Assembly: GCA_965208575.1 (NCBI GenBank)
Contig: CBDBOV010000006.1
Coordinates: 461,984 to 525,983 of the forward strand
Length of the DNA stretch: 64,000 bases
Direction of reading: 5' to 3'
From: Spirochaetia bacterium
Lineage (GTDB): Bacteria > Spirochaetota > Spirochaetia > SZUA-6 > Bin103
Shown: in pieces, positions 58,792 to 64,000 of the stretch
Layout of the letters: the number at the start of each line of letters is the position of its first letter
How positions within the stretch are numbered: position 1 is the stretch's first letter
Translations under genes and position numbers: made by a program
The notes under the pieces: model-generated
Database searches by the model: none
The model's input: only the letters and a program-made list of their open reading frames with translations
Told to the model about the DNA's origin: nothing

Positions 58792-60573
58792 TCAGAATCC
58801 GAGCTCCCGCTTCAGGTCTTGGTCAACCCACAGATAGGCAAAGGCGTTAGGCCGGTTCATCGAACCGAGATCGCCTTCCCCGTTGTAGCCCTTGATCCAT
58901 GGCTGGGTGGCGCCGAACAAGGGAGCAACTGGCCCCCTGATGGTCCACAGCTGCTCGGCGGCGCGCAGGTCGGCCTTCTGCGCCCACGCCTTCTGCTCCT
59001 CTATCGTGGTAGCGACCTGCGCGTTTTCGTAGTACTCGTCGAACTCGGGGTCGAGGTGGTTCGAACGAACCACCTTTTGCTTTGAGTAGTATTGCCCAAG
59101 CGGGGCCAAAGGAGAGTCATACTCTCTGGCCCATGTGTCTGACATCAACCCCTCATAGCTGTGCTTTGGGATCAGTGCGCCGCGTTCTGCGCGCGTGTGG
59201 ACCTCGATCTCGACCTCGATGCCGATCTGCCTGAGGTAGTCCATGGCGATCTGGTAATAGCCGAGGTCGAAGAACTCGTAGTGACCGTACCGGGTCCTGA
59301 AGCGAACGCCGTCCGCGCCGCGCGGATAGCCAGCCTCATCCAGCAGCTTCTCGGCCGCCTCGGGATCATAGCGATAGTACCTCTTGACCTCATCGGGCCA
59401 CTCTTCGAACGGGAGCGCATACCCCAGCACGGCTGGGCCGATCGGGCCGGAAGGGCTGGCATCACCCCACCCCTGCATGTAGTTCTCGGCGATGGCGTCG
59501 AAGTCTATGGCCATCGCGATGGCCCGGCGTACCCGAATATCATCGAAGGGCGGTTGCTGAACGTTCCAGAACATCGCCGTTTCCGACCGATAGGCAAACG
59601 GGTGCAACATCAGGTCGGGATTGGTCTTCTGCAGATTCACCGCCGAGTCGACACTGGTCAGATGTGAGTTGAGAGCGAACCCTATATAATCCGCCTGCCC
59701 CGAGCGCATCAGTGCGGTGATGGCCGCCGGGTCGTTGACGATCGCGTACTCGACGGTGTCCGCGTAGGGCAAACGGTTGTCGGGATATTTCGGGTCGAAG
59801 CCCCAGTAGTCATCGACCTTCTCGAAGGTCCACGAGCTTCCCTCCACCACGTCGGTAAGTTGATAGGGCCCCGTTCCGGTCACGTTGCGCCAGTCTTGGA
59901 TGTCCCCGAATTGCTCGACCACCTCGCGGGCGATCACCAACATGTGTGCTCCGATGAGGGTGTTCTTCAGGGCTTGGAGCGAGGGCTCGTTCAGTTCGAC
60001 TACCAGCGTAGAATCGTCGGTAGCGGTAACCGAATCGACCGGAATCTTGCCTCCCCACGACCGTACGACATCCAGGCCCGGCTCGTCGCCGCTCAAGCCA
60101 AGGAGCCGGTCGAAACTGTAGGCGACATCGTGCGCGGTCAGTTGCCTTCCGTTCACCGGCGCCTTGTCGTGCCAGAACACGCCGTCGCGGATCTTGAACA
60201 CGTAGGTGAGCGGATCCGGGCTCTCCCAGCTCTCTGCCAGTTGTCCGGTGATCACCTCTTCGGGCATGTAGAGCGTGTCATAGGCGAACACGCTTCTGTC
60301 GATCGCCCAGTCGCCGATGCCCAGGTTCTCGTTGACCAGCCCGACCCAGATCCCGGCGGTGTAGACAAAATAGGGATCGATCCCCTCGACCTTGAAGTTC
60401 ACCACCGGTCTGATCGTGCCGCCATACTCTGGCGCGGTGACCATCTCGCCGGTGCTCGGGTCGAGCACCATCTCCTTCTCGGCCGCGGATGCTTCCTCGC
60501 CCTCGGCGGCGGCAAACGTAACGGTAGCCACCAGCGCGAACGCCAGCGGCAGCAATAGGAGTCTTGGAGTCAT
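58792..60573 (-). CDS. ABC transporter substrate-binding protein, family 5 (cassette 7)
   Basis: Internal ATG 60573 of ORF 58792..60696, behind GAGGAGGAG. MTPRLLLLPLAFALVATVTFAAAEGEEASAAEKEMVLDPSTGEMV. Confidence 0.85.
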   Translation of the reverse strand: MTPRLLLLPLAFALVATVTFAAAEGEEASAAEKEMVLDPSTGEMVTAPEYGGTIRPVVNFKVEGIDPYFVYTAGIWVGLVNENLGIGDWAIDRSVFAYDTLYMPEEVITGQLAESWESPDPLTYVFKIRDGVFWHDKAPVNGRQLTAHDVAYSFDRLLGLSGDEPGLDVVRSWGGKIPVDSVTATDDSTLVVELNEPSLQALKNTLIGAHMLVIAREVVEQFGDIQDWRNVTGTGPYQLTDVVEGSSWTFEKVDDYWGFDPKYPDNRLPYADTVEYAIVNDPAAITALMRSGQADYIGFALNSHLTSVDSAVNLQKTNPDLMLHPFAYRSETAMFWNVQQPPFDDIRVRRAIAMAIDFDAIAENYMQGWGDASPSGPIGPAVLGYALPFEEWPDEVKRYYRYDPEAAEKLLDEAGYPRGADGVRFRTRYGHYEFFDLGYYQIAMDYLRQIGIEVEIEVHTRAERGALIPKHSYEGLMSDTWAREYDSPLAPLGQYYSKQKVVRSNHLDPEFDEYYENAQVATTIEEQKAWAQKADLRAAEQLWTIRGPVAPLFGATQPWIKGYNGEGDLGSMNRPNAFAYLWVDQDLKRELGF

Positions 60574-60979
60574 AGCGTACTCCTCCTCGTATTCGGGAGC
60601 GGGACTGGGTCCGGTACCCGTGGTCTTGGGCCGGACACTCCAGCCCTCTCGAATGGTCCTGGTAGTCATCGCACCCAAAGGCGCCCCGAGCGCCACCTCG
60701 GATAAGCGTGGTGCGATCGCTGTGGATACGAACGGGTGCCGCTACGCCGTTAGCGGCGCAGATGGCGGCCGAGGGGTATATGAGGCTCGGAGAGCGGCGG
60801 GAGCGGTCAGTTACCGGGTGCTTGGTTTGTTGCGGAGCAGGACGGAGCAGGACGGAGCGCTGGCGCTTGCAGCGAACGGCGCGTCTACGGCGGGCTGTGT
60901 AATCGCGCTTCATCTGCGCTTGTCTTCCTCCCGAAGCGATCACTCTACCACACGTCCGGCATCCGTCAAGTACGCGTTT
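60574..60979 (-). promoter_or_regulatory. Conserved SBP leader, copy L7
   Basis: -35 TTGACG 60974..60979, 16 nt, -10 TAGAGT 60952..60957, GGAGGAAG, ATG 60913 (MKRDYTARR). The upstream ORF runs out of frame past the SBP7 start to 60278. Confidence 0.5.
60832..60859. repeat. Leader 10-bp repeat, about 2.5 units (L7)
   Basis: gcggagcaggacggagcaggacggagcg. Confidence 0.85.
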
Positions 60980-61054
60980 GCGGGTTGGTGGTTACCACCG
61001 TTGCAACCAGTGGGCGATGGGATCGTTAGACACCCCGCCTCCCCTTGCGCGCGC

Positions 61055-61108
61055 CCAACCGCTTGGCGATGTCTCGGTACGAGTACCCGGCGAGCCTCCC
61101 CACTCAGG
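61055..61108 (-). pseudogene. hicA: HicA-family toxin remnant (first ~17 codons only)
   Basis: Matches the hicA copy 1 5' region (LSG..LAGYSYRDI.KRLG), then diverges into leader L7 flanking sequence. Confidence 0.45.
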
Positions 61109-61346
61109 CCGACACGGCAACGTCGAGGTCGACCGAACTGCCCATCCTGCGCAACCCATCGGGAATAGGATCATCGTGTTCTCGATACGACTCCAACAGC
61201 CTCCACGCAACATCCTGGGCGATCTCGACGGTTTCTTGAACGGTCCTGCCCCGGGCGACCAGACCCGGAAGCTCCCGGGAGGTAGCCAGGTAGTTGCCGT
61301 TCTCGACCCGCTCAACGTGAAGCCGAACGGTGAACTGATCCGACAT
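61104..61346 (-). CDS. hicB: HicB-family antitoxin (copy 2)
   Basis: MSDQFTVRLHVERVENGNYLATSRELPGLVARGRTVQETVEIAQDVAWRLLES. Differs from copy 1 at 3 of 80 residues. Confidence 0.8.
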   Translation of the reverse strand: MSDQFTVRLHVERVENGNYLATSRELPGLVARGRTVQETVEIAQDVAWRLLESYREHDDPIPDGLRRMGSSVDLDVAVSA

Positions 61347-61404
61347 GGCAGAACCCTTCATACCACCAGTGAGACAACTGAGAACCAATAGGATGGGTTT
61401 CGCC

Positions 61405-61480
61405 GCGTCCACCGCCGTCCACCCCGAACAGAAGCCGCCGCCAGCCATCGGCGACATCGTGCGCGGTCAAGGCCCGCCGG
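61405..61480 (-). pseudogene. ~75-bp fragment of a family-5 SBP gene
   Basis: ccgccgtccaccccgaacagaagccgc...ggcgacatcgtgcgcggt aligns with SBP6 at 55761..55830. Confidence 0.55.
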
Positions 61481-61553
61481 GAGCCGCACCCCGGTCAGCC
61501 CGTTCAGCCCGTTGCCGCCATTTGCTCTTCGATCAGCGGAGACGCTATAGTCA

Positions 61554-63407
61554 ATGCCTAAGGCTGCCTCGGGGTCGCCTCAGGCTACGGCAGTGAGCAC
61601 GCCTCCCACGCACCCGCGCATTCCCTACGGCGAGGCCGACTTCCGGCGCATCCGCCGGAACCGGTGGCTGTACGTCGACAAGACCCGCTTCCTGCGCCGC
61701 CTGGAGCAGGAGCGCTACGCCTTCCTCATCCGCCCGCGCCGGTTCGGCAAGTCGCTGTGGATCTCCCTGCTGGAGAACTACTACGACCGCTGGTGGGCGG
61801 ACGACTTTGCCGGCACCTTCGCCGGCACCGACATCGGGCGGGAGCCGACCGGGGAACAGAGCCGCTACGTCACCCTGCGCTTCAACTTCTCGATGGTCAA
61901 CGACAAGCTGGAAACGCTGGAGCGGGAATTCGAGACCTACTGCATGATCGAGCTCCGGGGCAGGCTGCGGCGCCATCCCGACCTGTTTCCCGAAGCGGCG
62001 GTGCGGGACATCCTGGCACCGCCCTCCATCGCCAGCAAGCTGACCGAGCTGTTCCAGTACGCCGGCGACCATGACATCCCGCTGTACGTGCTGATCGACG
62101 AGTACGACAACTTCGCCAACACGGTGCTCGCGTACCACGGCGCGGAGGCGTACCACTCGTTCACCCACGGCGGCGGCTTCTACCGCAACTTCTTCGCCGC
62201 CTTGAAGGGCGGTGCGGACCGTAGCGGCGGCGGCCTGGAGCGGCTGTTCATCACCGGGGTGTCACCGGTCACCATGGACGACGTGACCAGCGGCTTCAAC
62301 ATCGGCAAGAACCTCAGCCTGCACCCGGACTTCAACGAGATGGTCGGCTTCACCGAGCCGGAGGTGCGTCACCTGGTCGAGACCTACCGGGACCTGGGTG
62401 TGTTCAACCAGGATACGGAAACCGCCATGGGCATCATGGGCGAGTGGTACAACGGCTACCGGTTCGCCGAGGAAGCGGTGGCCGATCTGTACAACACCGA
62501 CATGGTGCTCTACTACCTGGACCACTCGATTCCGAATCGGCGCGTGCCGACCCACCTGATCGATACCAACGTGCGCATCGACTACGGCAAGTTGCGCCAC
62601 CTGCTGGTGGTTGGCCGCCGGTTGAACGGCAACTTCGACCTGCTGCGCAACGTCATCGGCGAGGGGCAGGTCGACACCCGCATCCAGCCCGGCTTCCCGC
62701 TGGAGCGCCTCACCGATCCAGAGAATTTCTTCTCGCTGCTGCACTACTTCGGACTGCTGAGCATCCGCGCCGTGGTGCAGCGGGTGCCTCGGCTGGCGAT
62801 CCCGAACCAGACCGTGAAGCGGTTGATGTACGGCTATCTGCGCGACGCCTACCGCGACGTGGGGGTGTTTTCGGTCAACCTGTTCCGGGTCGAGCAGTTG
62901 CTGATGGGCATGGCCAACCGAAACGAGTGGCGGCCGGTGTTCGAGTTCCTGGGCGAGGCGATCACGCGGCAGACCGGGATTCGCGACTACATCAGCGGCG
63001 AGAAGGTGCTTGAGCCCCGTACCGGGGCTTTAGGCTTCCTGGCCGCCTACCTGAGCGTGACCGACTACTACGTGTTCCGGTCAGAGGCAGAGTTCGGAAA
63101 GGGGCACGCCGATATCGCCTTGGAGCCGCTGCTCGCCAGCTATCCCCACCTGCAATGCGGCTATCTGATCGAACTGAAGTACCTCAAGCGCCGTGGGCGC
63201 TTTCAGCGCTCTGAGCGCTCACCGCGCAGCGGGTCGGCGATCGAGGACGACGTGGCGGCGGCGGTCGGAGACGCAACGGCGCAGCTCGAGCGGTATCTGG
63301 CGGACGAACGGCTGGCGCGGCAGTTCCCGGGCGTGCGCTTCATCGGCCTGATCGTGGTTTTCCACGGCTGGGAGATGGTATTTTGCGACGCCGTGCGTCC
63401 GGAATAA
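61554..63407 (+). CDS. AAA-ATPase-like domain protein with a C-terminal PD-(D/E)XK nuclease-like domain (PF09820/PF08011-type architecture)
   Basis: IPYGEADFRRIRRNRWLYVDKTRFLRRLEQERYAFLIRPRRFGKSLWISLLENYYD, VLIDEYDNF, and C-terminal GKGHADIALEP...GYLIELKYLK. Confidence 0.7.
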   Translation: MPKAASGSPQATAVSTPPTHPRIPYGEADFRRIRRNRWLYVDKTRFLRRLEQERYAFLIRPRRFGKSLWISLLENYYDRWWADDFAGTFAGTDIGREPTGEQSRYVTLRFNFSMVNDKLETLEREFETYCMIELRGRLRRHPDLFPEAAVRDILAPPSIASKLTELFQYAGDHDIPLYVLIDEYDNFANTVLAYHGAEAYHSFTHGGGFYRNFFAALKGGADRSGGGLERLFITGVSPVTMDDVTSGFNIGKNLSLHPDFNEMVGFTEPEVRHLVETYRDLGVFNQDTETAMGIMGEWYNGYRFAEEAVADLYNTDMVLYYLDHSIPNRRVPTHLIDTNVRIDYGKLRHLLVVGRRLNGNFDLLRNVIGEGQVDTRIQPGFPLERLTDPENFFSLLHYFGLLSIRAVVQRVPRLAIPNQTVKRLMYGYLRDAYRDVGVFSVNLFRVEQLLMGMANRNEWRPVFEFLGEAITRQTGIRDYISGEKVLEPRTGALGFLAAYLSVTDYYVFRSEAEFGKGHADIALEPLLASYPHLQCGYLIELKYLKRRGRFQRSERSPRSGSAIEDDVAAAVGDATAQLERYLADERLARQFPGVRFIGLIVVFHGWEMVFCDAVRPE

Positions 63408-63449
63408 AGCGGTGGCGACAGGCTGGGGCCACCTCGGCACGCACATGCT

Positions 63450-63959
63450 ATGGTAACGGCCATCATGATTCGAGGCATCCATCACACAGGTTTTTCCACC
63501 CCCGACCTCGAGCGCGCGATCGAGTTCTACTCGGGATTGCTTGGCTTCAAGGTGGTCAATCACTTTGAGTGGAATGCTGCCGATGGCTCGGCCAGGTGGG
63601 ACGGCGGGGAGTGGAAGGTCGGCGCGAAACAGCTCGACGAGATCACCGGGCTCAAGGGTTCGGCAGCCCGGGCGGTGTTTCTGTTGCTTGGCAACGCCTT
63701 CATCGAGATATTCGAGTATTCAGCGCCCACCCCGGCACCGGCGCAGCCGGACCGCCCCGTTTGTGACCATGGCGTTACCCACATCGCCCTGATAGTCGAC
63801 GATGTCCAGGCCGAGTACGACCGCCTGAAGGCGCTCGGGGTACCGTTTCACGCTCCGCCGCGCGAGGATTTTCGTGCCGTGTACGGGCGGGACCCGGATG
63901 GCAATGTGTTCGAGTTAATGGAAGTCGAGCCTGGCAGCAAGATCGCGCTGGACGTCTAG
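63450..63959 (+). CDS. VOC-family (glyoxalase/dioxygenase fold) protein
   Basis: IRGIHHTGFSTPDLERAIEFYSGLLGFKV...GVTHIALIVDDVQAEYDRLKALGVPF...DPDGNVFELME. The start may be 63465. Confidence 0.75.
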   Translation: MVTAIMIRGIHHTGFSTPDLERAIEFYSGLLGFKVVNHFEWNAADGSARWDGGEWKVGAKQLDEITGLKGSAARAVFLLLGNAFIEIFEYSAPTPAPAQPDRPVCDHGVTHIALIVDDVQAEYDRLKALGVPFHAPPREDFRAVYGRDPDGNVFELMEVEPGSKIALDV

Positions 63960-64000
63960 CGCCCACCGCTTCAGATGGTGGTCAATCGGACTATGGAGTC

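Overview
High-GC (about 65%) bacterial chromosomal window with no rRNA, tRNA or CRISPR array detected. The left ~14.9 kb looks like ordinary chromosome. It holds a partial Gfo/Idh/MocA oxidoreductase, a CN-hydrolase, a TauD-type dioxygenase and an XRE/nucleotidyltransferase pair. It also holds a GAF-PAS histidine kinase fused to a receiver and an OmpR-type output, an enolase-superfamily dehydratase, a VOC protein and a MazEF-type pair. An autotransporter adhesin here is inactivated twice, by an ISKra4-like IS and by a poly-C frameshift, and is preceded by an 8-bp x7 tandem repeat.

From ~14.9 to ~61.5 kb almost everything is on the minus strand. This region is a mosaic array of seven paralogous family-5 (DppA/OppA-like) binding-protein + two-permease cassettes, with no ABC ATPase gene anywhere in the window. 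Five cassettes share a ~400-nt leader containing a sigma70-like promoter, a Shine-Dalgarno (SD) sequence with a short MKRD ORF, and a 10-bp tandem repeat present in 1.5 to 8 copies.

The cassettes are separated by four copies of an Rpn/YhgA-like PD-(D/E)XK nuclease gene. Each copy travels with a permease 3' tail and a hairpin, and carries an in-frame 12-bp (EQGI)n repeat of 1, 4, 6 or 11 units. Also between cassettes are decayed toxin-antitoxin genes and reused permease fragments.

Nested mobile DNA in the array comprises:
- a 247-bp element with terminal inverted repeats (TIR), invaded in one copy by a group II intron;
- a 3.8-kb IS with doubled 22-bp end repeats that contains a second transposase;
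- a 3.57-kb Mu/Tn7-like four-gene transposon with a 5-bp target-site duplication (TSD) splitting one Rpn gene.

The right edge has an AAA-ATPase-like/PD-(D/E)XK protein and a VOC protein. All calls rest on reading the sequence and ORF translations only; no searches were run. The repeated cassettes make assembly errors a real possibility.
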